Shown: positions 38,777 to 48,215 of the stretch, piece after piece
Position numbering within the stretch: the stretch's first letter is position 1
Layout of the letters: every line of letters begins with the position of its first letter
Origin: Kiritimatiellia bacterium
GTDB lineage: Bacteria; Verrucomicrobiota; Kiritimatiellia; RFP12; UBA1067
Direction of reading: 5' to 3'
Assembly (NCBI GenBank): GCA_050949565.1
Contig: JBMNFY010000017.1
Location: 576,001 to 640,000 of the forward strand
DNA length: 64,000 nt
Program-made: the position numbers and the translations under genes
The notes under the pieces: model-generated
The model's database searches: none
What the model was told of the DNA's origin: nothing
Seen by the model: the letters and a program-made list of their open reading frames with translations, nothing else

Positions 38777-39502
38777 TCACTTCTTCGACTTCGATTCCTT
38801 ATTCTGCCCACGTCCGATCGCCAAAATCCTGGCGACCTTCGCCTCGGTCAATTCATAGCCCTTGAGACCGGGGAACCCCTCCCAGATGATCGTCCGGTAT
38901 TGCGGCTCCAAAATAATGACGTGCGGCCACCCCCACACCCCGAACAGGGCTTCATACGCTCCTTGGTCCGGGTGTGCTTTGGCGGCAAAGTCTGTCAGAT
39001 CCGGTCCTTCTTCCGATTCTGCCCGCTTCTGAGAAGTCTGGGCGTCGGCCTTGTCTTGCTTTTTTTTCTGATCAGCGGGCAGTGGCCGATCCAAAGCCAG
39101 CGCATACTCCTTTTTGGGACCCTTGTACGCCTTGACCTGCTCCTCGGTCTCGCCGGTGATCCCGATCACCACCAACTCGTCGCCGAATTTACGATGCAAC
39201 GTATTCATGAGCGGCGTCATCCGTTTGCACGCACCGCACCAAGTACGCCAGAACTCAATGATCACAAACTTGCCTTCCGTCTCGGGCTTGTCCGTGAGCC
39301 ACTTCGCCACCTCCAGCGGCGGCGCGTCCGTGAACGCGCAGCTAAGCGCCCATATCTGCTTACCGCCATCGGCCACGGTCTGCACACGGCCGGTCGTGCA
39401 GACTCCCGACGCATCACACTCGGCCACAGTCTGGGCACCTGCCACCCCGCACAGACAGACACACAGACACACGGCAACACGCTTTACAAGGTTTGCGCTC
39501 AT
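38777..39502 (-). CDS. secreted TlpA-like thioredoxin-fold protein
   Basis: Signal peptide, EFWRTWCGAC, GWP cis-Pro loop. Confidence 0.85.
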   Translation of the reverse strand: MSANLVKRVAVCLCVCLCGVAGAQTVAECDASGVCTTGRVQTVADGGKQIWALSCAFTDAPPLEVAKWLTDKPETEGKFVIIEFWRTWCGACKRMTPLMNTLHRKFGDELVVIGITGETEEQVKAYKGPKKEYALALDRPLPADQKKKQDKADAQTSQKRAESEEGPDLTDFAAKAHPDQGAYEALFGVWGWPHVIILEPQYRTIIWEGFPGLKGYELTEAKVARILAIGRGQNKESKSKK

Positions 39503-39525
39503 CGTCTCTCTCCTTTTTGGGGCGC

Positions 39526-39554
39526 ATTATACCCCAACCGCCACCCAGCGACAA
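39526..39554 (-). promoter_or_regulatory. putative sigma70 promoter of the TlpA-like gene
   Basis: TTGTCG-17nt-TATAAT, followed by SD AAGGAG. Confidence 0.65.
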
Positions 39555-39575
39555 GCCGCCCGGTTGGGGCCACGT

Positions 39576-40961
39576 CTACTCCTTCGGCTTGACGTTCCAG
39601 ACTGTCAACGCGCACAACACCGAGAGCAGCGACGCACCGATCCAGAACAGGGCGATGTGGTCCACCGCATACTCGCATCCATTGAAACGGAAGACCGTGT
39701 GCGCAAACTCGTAGACCTCTTTGCCGCCCTCAACCGCTCCCTGTGATTTAATCAGATAGCCGCTCACGATATCCTGAATACCCGCACCGAGATACGAGGC
39801 GATACCGACGACGCCCAGCGCCGCGCCCGCCGCGTTTTTCGGCGCCACGTCCACGGCCATCAGCCCGCCCAGAAAACAGAAGAGCACGCCGATCGAGGTG
39901 CCGAACAGCACCATCGCCACCACATCCACCCACTTGTGCGCGCCGGGCACCAACAGGAACAGGCAGAGCGCGACGGTATTCATCAGACCGAAAATCAGCG
40001 CGGGCGCATTGCGTCGACCGCTGAACAACTTGTCCGAGATCACACCGGAAAACAGCGTACCAAAGAGACCGAATATCGCGTTCACGGAGATGATCGAACT
40101 GGCCTCGATGTTGCTGTACCCCTTCTTCATTTCAAGAAAGTAAATGCCCCAACTGTTGATGGCGTAGCGCGCCACGTAGATGAATGCGCTCGACAGCGCG
40201 ATCATCCACACGGCCCAGTTCATCAGCACCGCCTTTTGCCCCGCCCCTACCGACGTTGGGCTCTTCGCCTTTTCCGTCGGAACGGTTTCGCCCGACCACT
40301 CGGAGATCGGTGGTAGCCCCCGGCTCTGCGGACTATCGTGATAGAGTGTCCACGCCAGCACCACGCCGACCAAACCGAACAGCGAGGCACCCACAAAACC
40401 CCACTGCCAACCAAATGAGGTGACGATCAGCGATGTCAGGATAAACGTCAACGCCTCGCCCAAGTTGTGGCTCGTACACCAGATACCGTAGTAGGTCCCA
40501 CGCTCCCGGTTGCTGAACCAGCGGGCCAGTCCTACCACGCTGGCCGGCGCACCCATGGACTGCGCGTATCCGTTGATGCCCCACAGCACCGCGAAAAGCA
40601 CCGCCGGCATGCGGAAGCCCAAGGCAAAGTTGGCCAAGGCGGAAACAAACAGACCGACCGACATGAACTTGCGAATGTCGCAGCGATCCGCCAGAAAACC
40701 GTTCACACATTTGCCGACCGCATAGGCGAAAAACAACGCCGACCCGATGAATCCCAACTGCTCGGTGGTGAGATATCCCGAATCCACGAGGGGCTTCTTC
40801 ATCACGTTGAGGCTCAGACGGCATACATAGTAGAGCCCGTACACCGTTACCATGACGAATATCGCCTGCCGGCGGCTCTGGCGGTAGTCGCGCGCCTGCT
40901 CTTCCGGCGTACCGGTGACCGGTCGATGTGGCGCGGGCTTAAAAAAGGATAAGATTTTCAT
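39576..40961 (-). CDS. MFS organophosphate:Pi antiporter (GlpT/UhpC family)
   Basis: YYVCR, WGINGYAQSMG, RWFS..ERG, SHNLG, DSPQSRGLP; adjacent to the G3P cluster. Confidence 0.9.
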   Translation of the reverse strand: MKILSFFKPAPHRPVTGTPEEQARDYRQSRRQAIFVMVTVYGLYYVCRLSLNVMKKPLVDSGYLTTEQLGFIGSALFFAYAVGKCVNGFLADRCDIRKFMSVGLFVSALANFALGFRMPAVLFAVLWGINGYAQSMGAPASVVGLARWFSNRERGTYYGIWCTSHNLGEALTFILTSLIVTSFGWQWGFVGASLFGLVGVVLAWTLYHDSPQSRGLPPISEWSGETVPTEKAKSPTSVGAGQKAVLMNWAVWMIALSSAFIYVARYAINSWGIYFLEMKKGYSNIEASSIISVNAIFGLFGTLFSGVISDKLFSGRRNAPALIFGLMNTVALCLFLLVPGAHKWVDVVAMVLFGTSIGVLFCFLGGLMAVDVAPKNAAGAALGVVGIASYLGAGIQDIVSGYLIKSQGAVEGGKEVYEFAHTVFRFNGCEYAVDHIALFWIGASLLSVLCALTVWNVKPKE

Positions 40962-41136
40962 AGCTGTGTTTTCCCGTGGCTTCCCCTGCATACGTGCCAC
41001 ATCTCCACCAATTCAAAATCCAACTTTAGATTAGCGGAAAAACTGGACACCATCAACACCGTCCTTATGCTCTTTTGCTGAGCTGTTGTACCCTGAAGGG
41101 ACTCCTCAACCCCACATGCAAAAACCTGCCTGCTCA

Positions 41137-42744
41137 TCACCGCACGATCACGCGGTTCCCGCTGCCACGCGCGTTCAGATAGGCCTCGGTCTTGTCGTCC
41201 AGCGGCACGTATGTCGGACGCGCCGCAGCCGAGGACAACTGCTCGACCGCCCCCAGGCGGGTCGCGGGCGTCCCCACAAAGACGTTTTCATCCAAACACG
41301 GTATCGAAGCGCTACCATCGGGATTCGTCAGGCTTGCGCAAATCTCGATCAGTTGCATGTGTGCACCCGCAAAGAGGTTGTTGCGGATCGTGTACCCCAT
41401 CGCACGGTTGGAGGTGACCCAACTTTTGATGTGGGCGTCCTGTCTACGATCCGGACGCTGCTCGCAGAGCCCCGTCCCCGCGTCCCACATCAGGTTGTCA
41501 GCGATCACGAAATCCTCCATGCGGCTGGGGTTGTTCGTGGGACAGCGCGAGAGAAAATACTCAATCGAGTAATTGCATTTCTCGAACACGTTCCCCACAT
41601 AACGGATGCCCTTCTGGAAAAGGATCTTTTCCTTGCCGCTGAAGCGCGACACGGCGTCGGCTTGATGCGTGACACCCGCGTCGTAGATCTGGTACACGTA
41701 ACAGTTCGTGACCGTGTAGCCGTCGCACCCGCCCACTTCCACCGCGTTGCCGTAGCGCACGCCCCACGCGCGACCGAAGAGGCCCTCGCCCTGGATGCCG
41801 CCACCGATCCAGCCGAACTCGCAGTTTTTAACGAGGAGGTTCTTGGAGCCGCCCTGATGGATGCCGTGCGCCCCGCCATACATCAGGCATAGGTTGTCGA
41901 AGGTTGTCCCCGCCTGACCGTGCGCCGTGATGATGTTATGGCGCAGGCCGAATTCAATCGATTTGAACCGCTTGCCCGGATTTTCCTTCGAATAGAGATA
42001 CAGTAGGCCCGTTCCGCGGCCGATGCCGTTCGTGGCGTAATCGTGGTAGAAGTGCAGATCGGAATCGAGACTGCGATAATCTGTGAACGGCCGCCCTGTG
42101 TATTGAGCCGTCGTGCGGCCGTCCTTGTGATAGACAGGCAGGATCTTGATCGCGTGTGCCGCACCCTCGTCGAAGACCACCAGACCGATGTCCGTACGCC
42201 CCAGAGGGCACGACCAGACATTCGGCGTGTCCGTCGCCTGCCAACGGGCCGGGTCCGCGCCGTTGAAGGGCGAGGCAATCAAACGCGGTTTCGGGCCTAT
42301 CCCGTAAGCGGAATAGGTGACGCCCTTAAGGCCTTTGAGCCCGCCCGCGTAGCCGGAGAACGGCTCGTCGGCAGGGTGGCCGGGGACATCGAGCGGCGTA
42401 CGCCAAGTCCCGCCCCGTTCAAAGAGCACGAAGGAGCCGGGCCGGATGTCGGTCGCGCGGTTCAGCCGCTCAACCGTTGCCCACGCCGTCGCGGGCGTTC
42501 GGCCATCCTGAGCGTCGTCACCAGCCTTCGCCAGATAGTAGACATCGCATCCTGCGGGCACCGTCAGGTTCGGCGTCGCGCGGATCTCGGCGATGCGCGC
42601 ATCCGTCAACTCGCGGAAACGCTTCACCGTCGCCGCCGGATCGGCCCCCACCATCGAGATGAGCTTCACTTCTGCCGACGCCGACAAACAGACCCATGCG
42701 GCAAATCCCGCCGCCACGCCCCCAACGATACTCGACTTCTTCAT
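41137..42744 (-). CDS. secreted right-handed beta-helix protein
   Basis: Signal peptide MKKSSIVGG; GDDAQDG.TP.TAW, LFERGGTWR, NCEFGWIGG, YGNAVE; ATGA overlap with the DUF1667 gene. Confidence 0.75.
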   Translation of the reverse strand: MKKSSIVGGVAAGFAAWVCLSASAEVKLISMVGADPAATVKRFRELTDARIAEIRATPNLTVPAGCDVYYLAKAGDDAQDGRTPATAWATVERLNRATDIRPGSFVLFERGGTWRTPLDVPGHPADEPFSGYAGGLKGLKGVTYSAYGIGPKPRLIASPFNGADPARWQATDTPNVWSCPLGRTDIGLVVFDEGAAHAIKILPVYHKDGRTTAQYTGRPFTDYRSLDSDLHFYHDYATNGIGRGTGLLYLYSKENPGKRFKSIEFGLRHNIITAHGQAGTTFDNLCLMYGGAHGIHQGGSKNLLVKNCEFGWIGGGIQGEGLFGRAWGVRYGNAVEVGGCDGYTVTNCYVYQIYDAGVTHQADAVSRFSGKEKILFQKGIRYVGNVFEKCNYSIEYFLSRCPTNNPSRMEDFVIADNLMWDAGTGLCEQRPDRRQDAHIKSWVTSNRAMGYTIRNNLFAGAHMQLIEICASLTNPDGSASIPCLDENVFVGTPATRLGAVEQLSSAAARPTYVPLDDKTEAYLNARGSGNRVIVR

Positions 42745-43106
42745 TCCGCCGCTTCGATCTCCATCGTCGCCACCACGTCCACGCCCGTGCCACACACATT
42801 CTCCACAATCACGTCGCCGATCTTCACGGGCGGCGTCACGCAAGTCCGATGAATCTCCTCCACACAGGCAAAAATCATTGCCTTGGGGATCGGCTGCGCC
42901 GTCTTCACGCTGAGCGGCTCGCGACGGCCCCGCACACGCGCCAGCGTTGAGATATGACGTGTCGGGCACACGCACTCCTGTCGCGCATAGACCGCACCGC
43001 GTCCGCACGCTGCGCCATCCACTGCGGTCACCTGACCGTCTTCCAGCGTAACCCGCAGCCGGCATCCCATCGGGCATCCGATACACGTCAAAGTCTGTTC
43101 GCTCAT
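42741..43106 (-). CDS. DUF1667 Cys-rich protein
   Basis: CIGCPMGC, CGRG..YA, SVKT..PIPK, PVKIGDVI. Confidence 0.88.
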   Translation of the reverse strand: MSEQTLTCIGCPMGCRLRVTLEDGQVTAVDGAACGRGAVYARQECVCPTRHISTLARVRGRREPLSVKTAQPIPKAMIFACVEEIHRTCVTPPVKIGDVIVENVCGTGVDVVATMEIEAAE

Positions 43107-44362
43107 GACTCCACCTCCACCGTCAACTCGGCGGTTCCGGCATGTCGTTCCAGCGTATCCTTGGGCACAACGAGCCGCACCATTTCGCCGGGGGTCATGA
43201 TCCGGGAACGCTTACGCAACACCTCTTCGCCATCAATCCGAACCACCGCCGCAGCATCCTTGAAGACCGCTGACGGACGGAACATCAGCGGCACCCCGTC
43301 AGTCACCCGCGCCGCGCACACCGTCTGCGGCACCAAACCGCGGACACCCGCGCCGTCGCGTACGCGGATATCGCTACCGCGCGCCTGCTGGCCCTCTTGC
43401 GCGTACCGCGCCGCCTGACGTCCTGCTTCTTCCGATTCAACCGTCACATGATCCACCAAATCATGGACATGCAAAACATTGCCGCAGGCGAAAATCCCCG
43501 GCACACTGGTTTGCAACGATTCGTCAACCAGCGGTCCGCATGTGATCGCGGAGATCCCGACACCCGCCGCGCGTGAGAGTTCATTCTCAGGAATCAGGCC
43601 GACCGAAAGCAACAGCGTATCGCACGCCAACCGCTGCTCGGTGCCGGGCAACGGCCGGCGCTGGTCATCGACCTGCGCGATGGTCACCGCTTCCAACCGT
43701 TCGCGCCCGTGGATGTCGATCACCGTATGGCTCAGCAACAACGGGATGTCATAATCATCCAGGCACTGCACCACATTACGTGTGAGCCCGCTGGAAAAGG
43801 GCATCAGTTCCACGCACGCCAACACTTGCGCTCCTTCGAGTGTCATGCGCCGCGCCATGATAAGACCGATATCCCCCGAGCCCAGAATCACCACACGCCG
43901 TCCGGGCATCCAACCATCCAGATTCATGAAGCGCTGTGCCAGACCGGCCGGATAGATACCAGCCGGACGCCAGCCCGGTACCCTCAGCGCTCCGCGCGTC
44001 CGTTCGCGGCACCCCATCGCCAACACAACGGCCTTGGCACGGAAACGCTGCAAGCCGAAGGTCGGGCTGACCGTCGTCACCTCGCGATCGGGCGTCACCG
44101 ACAGCACCATCGTGTTGCACTGTGCCGACAGACCGAGCGCGTGAAACTGCTGCACAAAGCGATGCGCGTATTCCGGCCCCGTCAAATCCTCCTTGAACAC
44201 ATGCATGCCGAACCCGGCGTGGATGCACTGACGCAAGATACCGCCCAGTGCCGGTTCGCGCTCCAGCAACAGCACCTTACGGCAACCGGCCTCATGCGCC
44301 GCGATAGCTGCCGCCAGCCCGGCCGGTCCGCCGCCGATGATAAGCACGTCGATCTCAGTCAT
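43103..44362 (-). CDS. FAD/NAD(P)-dependent oxidoreductase
   Basis: GGGPAGLAAA, GGILRQCIH.GFG, MGCRER, GSGDIGLIMARR, GNVLHVHDLVD. Confidence 0.92.
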   Translation of the reverse strand: MTEIDVLIIGGGPAGLAAAIAAHEAGCRKVLLLEREPALGGILRQCIHAGFGMHVFKEDLTGPEYAHRFVQQFHALGLSAQCNTMVLSVTPDREVTTVSPTFGLQRFRAKAVVLAMGCRERTRGALRVPGWRPAGIYPAGLAQRFMNLDGWMPGRRVVILGSGDIGLIMARRMTLEGAQVLACVELMPFSSGLTRNVVQCLDDYDIPLLLSHTVIDIHGRERLEAVTIAQVDDQRRPLPGTEQRLACDTLLLSVGLIPENELSRAAGVGISAITCGPLVDESLQTSVPGIFACGNVLHVHDLVDHVTVESEEAGRQAARYAQEGQQARGSDIRVRDGAGVRGLVPQTVCAARVTDGVPLMFRPSAVFKDAAAVVRIDGEEVLRKRSRIMTPGEMVRLVVPKDTLERHAGTAELTVEVES

Positions 44363-45872
44363 GGGAAACCTCCTGACGCTCAACGCTCGACGTTTGACAG
44401 GCCGCATCAGAATCGGTCTCCGCGTGTCGTGTGCCACACGTCACCAAAATCCGCGAGTCGCCGCCGAATTTCGTGACCTGCTCCGGCGTCAATCCCAACT
44501 CTTCGCACAGGATCGTGATGATGCGCGGCGTACAGAAACCACCCTGGCAGCGGCCCATGCCCGCGCGCGTGCGCCGCTTGACACCGTCCAGCGTCCGCGC
44601 TCCAATGCGGCTACGGACCGCTGCCCGAATCTCAGCCTCCGTCACATTTTCGCAACGACAGACGATCCGCCCGTAGGACGGGTCGGCCGTGATCGCGGCG
44701 ACACGTTCCGCATCGGTCATCTCGCGGAACGGCTTTGGAAATACCGGACACGGGGTCATGGAAGACGAACGCTGCGCGCCGAGTTTCTCCCCTATCCGCT
44801 CCGCTAGCCAGACCGCCACCGCCGGTGCCGCCGTAAGTCCCGGCGACTCCATCGCCGCCGCATTGAAAAACAGCGGTGCGTCAGGTGCCTCTCCCACCAC
44901 AAAGTCATCACGATCGCCATGAGCACGCAGGCCGGAGAAGGTCGCGATCACGCCGCTCATCGGTAACTGCTCCCAAACCCGCGTCGCCGATTCAACCACC
45001 TTGCGCAAACCATCGGCGGTTGTGCGGGTGTCGCTTTTATCATCGATATCCTCAGCCGTCGGCCCGACAATCAGCGTATCGTCCACGGTCGGCGCGACCA
45101 ACACGCCCTTGCCCAGCGGAGTCGGAACCTGGAAGATCGTCGCACGGAACGTACCCGCGTACTGTTTGTCGATCATCAGATACTCGCCGCGCCGTGCCGT
45201 GATCGAAAACTTTTGTGTGCTGACCCGATTGTTCAATTCATCCGCATAGACACCGGCGGCATTCACTACCGCACGCGTGCGGAACACGCCGCCATCGGCG
45301 GTCGTCACCTGCCAGAGACCGTCGGGCGCGCGCGTCACGTCAACAACGCGCCGTTCAAAGTGAAAGACAACGCCATTCGCGGCGGCGTGCTCGGCCAGCC
45401 GGAAGGTAAGTCCATACGGACAGCAGATGCCGCCGCTGGGCGCGAACAGCGCGCCGATGACCGCGCGGCTGATGTTCGGTTCCAAGGCGCGAACCTCATC
45501 CTGCGTGAGCACCTGCAATCCCGGCACGCCGTTGCCTTCACCGCGCGTCTTCAATGCATGGAGCGCGGCGAGATCGCTGTCGTCGAAAGCCGCCACAAGC
45601 GAAGTGTTCCGAATGAACGGAACGTCCAGTTCGCGGCACCAATCCTCGAAAAGCGCGTTGCCGAGCACATTGAATCGCGCTTTGGCCGATCCGGGTGCTG
45701 CATCATAGCCCGCATGTATGATTGCGCTATTGGCTTTGGTCGTGCCCTCTGCCACATCGCCCGCTTGATCCAGCACGCAGACCCGCAATGCGTAGCGCGA
45801 CACTTCGCGCGCGATTGCGCATCCCACTACGCCGGCTCCTACGACCAGCACATCTGAATAATCCTGCGTCAT
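44355..45872 (-). CDS. FAD-dependent glycerol-3-phosphate dehydrogenase-like protein with BFD-like [2Fe-2S] domain
   Basis: GAGVVG, TKANSAIIHAGYD, SPGLTAAPA, CRCE...RAGMGRCQGGFC. Confidence 0.88.
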   Translation of the reverse strand: MTQDYSDVLVVGAGVVGCAIAREVSRYALRVCVLDQAGDVAEGTTKANSAIIHAGYDAAPGSAKARFNVLGNALFEDWCRELDVPFIRNTSLVAAFDDSDLAALHALKTRGEGNGVPGLQVLTQDEVRALEPNISRAVIGALFAPSGGICCPYGLTFRLAEHAAANGVVFHFERRVVDVTRAPDGLWQVTTADGGVFRTRAVVNAAGVYADELNNRVSTQKFSITARRGEYLMIDKQYAGTFRATIFQVPTPLGKGVLVAPTVDDTLIVGPTAEDIDDKSDTRTTADGLRKVVESATRVWEQLPMSGVIATFSGLRAHGDRDDFVVGEAPDAPLFFNAAAMESPGLTAAPAVAVWLAERIGEKLGAQRSSSMTPCPVFPKPFREMTDAERVAAITADPSYGRIVCRCENVTEAEIRAAVRSRIGARTLDGVKRRTRAGMGRCQGGFCTPRIITILCEELGLTPEQVTKFGGDSRILVTCGTRHAETDSDAACQTSSVERQEVSHD

Positions 45873-45904
45873 ATCTGTCCCATCTATTCCCTGTCGCGCA
45901 TGCG

Positions 45905-48193
45905 CTAGTCGGCAACCTCCAAGAAGATGCCCTCGCCCGGTGCCAGTGTCAGCGTCGTAAGGCCGTTGTTATCGGGCTTGCATACCACACGCTGGCCGCG
46001 CGGCCAAGCAACAACGCGCGAACCGCGCAGCCGCAGTTTAACATGCGCCGTCTGAAGTGCTTCTAATTCACTCATATTCACCACCGTCAACGCGCTGCCC
46101 GTTCCCTCCTTGGCAGCGAAGCATCCGATCAACAACGGCTGTTCGCACTCGATCCGCTCGATGGCGGGAAAGCGTTCGAGCGGCTGGCTGAACTTTAGAT
46201 ACGGCGTAGCATCCGAGCAGCCGTGGCTCATCGCGCCTAGATTCTTGTAACGCACAAAGGCATCGGAGATGAGCGCGATCTCTTTGAAAACCGTTCCGGC
46301 GTCGTACCAAGCGTTCTGGCGCTTGCCCTGCATCGACACCAGCGAGGGGAACTCCGGCTTGTAACCGGCGTAGGTCCAGCACAGCAGACCTTTGCAACCG
46401 AAGGAGAGCATGCAGTAGGACTGCCAACGAAACTCGGACTCCGTCGGCGTTCGCTTGCTCGGCACCCAGGCGAAGGTCTGAATGCAGCACCAGAAGTCCT
46501 TGTCGTGCTCGCGCGCTGAACGCGCGATGACGTTGATCGATTCGCAATACTCTTTGTAGGTGGTCCGCCGCCCCTGCGACCAGTTGAGCGGGTAAATGTC
46601 GGTGCAGATGTAGGGCTCGTCGAACATCTGGCAGAACGAGTCGCAGTACTTTTTGTAGAGGGCGGGATCGGGATCGTAATACTCGATGGCCGCGGCGTGC
46701 GCCCCGAACTTCAGTTGGGCGGCGTTGGCGTACATCGGCAACAGGTTGATGTAGGGCAGCTTGCCTTGGGTGTCGCGACGGTAGGCCTTACAGATTTCAG
46801 CCCACTTGGCGTATTGATCCGTTCCGGGTTCATCCGTGATGTAGGTGCCGGCAAAGCTCGGATGGTCGTAATAGTCTGCCGTTGCCACCGCCGCGTTATG
46901 GTAGGCGCCGTCACCTAGGATCAGTTCCACACCGTGCCGGTCGCACTCGCGCAACAGCCATTCGCGACGATCCGCCCCCGCAAACGCGCCATGCGCGATG
47001 ATCCAGTCGAAACCCGCAGAGCGATAGGTGGCGATAAAGTCGTCCGTGATCGCCTCGGCGTGCAGATTAACCCAGGCTCCGATCCGGATGCGATCGCGGG
47101 TCAGATACGCGTGAGTGTAAGGGGAGTCGATGGCCGTGCCCAATGCCTGTTTGACAGCCGTTTGAAGCACGGTGGCCGCTTCGGCGCGGCTGGCTGGCCG
47201 CTTCGGCGCGGCCGATTTGACACCGCCCTCGCGCAGCCGCGCAAGCGCCCGCGTCCAATCGGCTTCGGAGATCGCCGCTCCCGGACGGAACGCACGCGCG
47301 TCAGCCGCACCGAGAAGTTCACGGGCGACCACGAACCGGATGGCTTGGCGCACCGGCTCTTCAAGGCCCGCGATGTCGTCCAGCGCCACCGCGCCCTCCG
47401 CGAGCCGGTAGGTACCGGGCAGACACGCGATAAACCGCGTATAACCGCGACGGTTGGTATCGCAAAACGGAATCACCCGTTCGTCGCCGCCGTCTTTCGG
47501 CTGAAAGCGGACGACCGTTGTTTCGGACGGTTGCGCCACCTCGGTCGAGCGCAACAGGTAGTCATTACGATCATAACCGTCGGACAGACAACCACCGGGA
47601 ACCTGCACCTGCTGCATCGGCGCGAGAAACCGCGTGGGCTGCGAGTAGTCGGCCGCGTCCACAGCCGCGTCGAGGAAGCGTTGCGCCGCCTCGTGCGAAG
47701 GGAAGAAACCGAAGCGCGAGATTTCGCAGGCGGAATCCGTAGTGCTGGGATTGGTCGGGTCGAGACGGAAACCAGTGATCGTGCCCTTCCACTCCTTGTG
47801 GGCGAAGGTGCGCATGTCAACGATCACCGTGCGCCACGTGTTGTCGCCGGTCACCGAAAACTGCGAGTAGCTCTTGTCGGACAGCGAGGTCAGCGTATCG
47901 GTCGTAAAAAACAGTCCGCCCTGCCGTATCGCAGTGCGGTATTTGTAGCGCAGGGCAAAGAAGGGGCGTTCTGCGGCCGGGAACGCATCCGCCGCGCCCA
48001 TCGGCATCGTCACGGTCAGGTCAGTGCCGGTCGGCACCAGTTTCGTGAGACCGACTTCAGCGCAGAGTTGCCCCTGACCGACTGACATCAGTCGGACATC
48101 AGGACCGTTGTTGAAGATCCACACCGGTTCGCGCGCCAACAGCCCCGTACAGCACAACCACCCCGCCAACACCACACACGCTTTACGTTTCAT
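45905..48193 (-). CDS. secreted multidomain protein (CBM-like, SLH-like, glycoside-hydrolase-like barrel)
   Basis: Signal peptide; FRLDP; AFRPGAAIS and SRAEAATVL; DEP and YINLLP motifs. Confidence 0.65.
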   Translation of the reverse strand: MKRKACVVLAGWLCCTGLLAREPVWIFNNGPDVRLMSVGQGQLCAEVGLTKLVPTGTDLTVTMPMGAADAFPAAERPFFALRYKYRTAIRQGGLFFTTDTLTSLSDKSYSQFSVTGDNTWRTVIVDMRTFAHKEWKGTITGFRLDPTNPSTTDSACEISRFGFFPSHEAAQRFLDAAVDAADYSQPTRFLAPMQQVQVPGGCLSDGYDRNDYLLRSTEVAQPSETTVVRFQPKDGGDERVIPFCDTNRRGYTRFIACLPGTYRLAEGAVALDDIAGLEEPVRQAIRFVVARELLGAADARAFRPGAAISEADWTRALARLREGGVKSAAPKRPASRAEAATVLQTAVKQALGTAIDSPYTHAYLTRDRIRIGAWVNLHAEAITDDFIATYRSAGFDWIIAHGAFAGADRREWLLRECDRHGVELILGDGAYHNAAVATADYYDHPSFAGTYITDEPGTDQYAKWAEICKAYRRDTQGKLPYINLLPMYANAAQLKFGAHAAAIEYYDPDPALYKKYCDSFCQMFDEPYICTDIYPLNWSQGRRTTYKEYCESINVIARSAREHDKDFWCCIQTFAWVPSKRTPTESEFRWQSYCMLSFGCKGLLCWTYAGYKPEFPSLVSMQGKRQNAWYDAGTVFKEIALISDAFVRYKNLGAMSHGCSDATPYLKFSQPLERFPAIERIECEQPLLIGCFAAKEGTGSALTVVNMSELEALQTAHVKLRLRGSRVVAWPRGQRVVCKPDNNGLTTLTLAPGEGIFLEVAD

Positions 48194-48215
48194 GCCACAC
48201 ACCTTTCCCGCCCGC

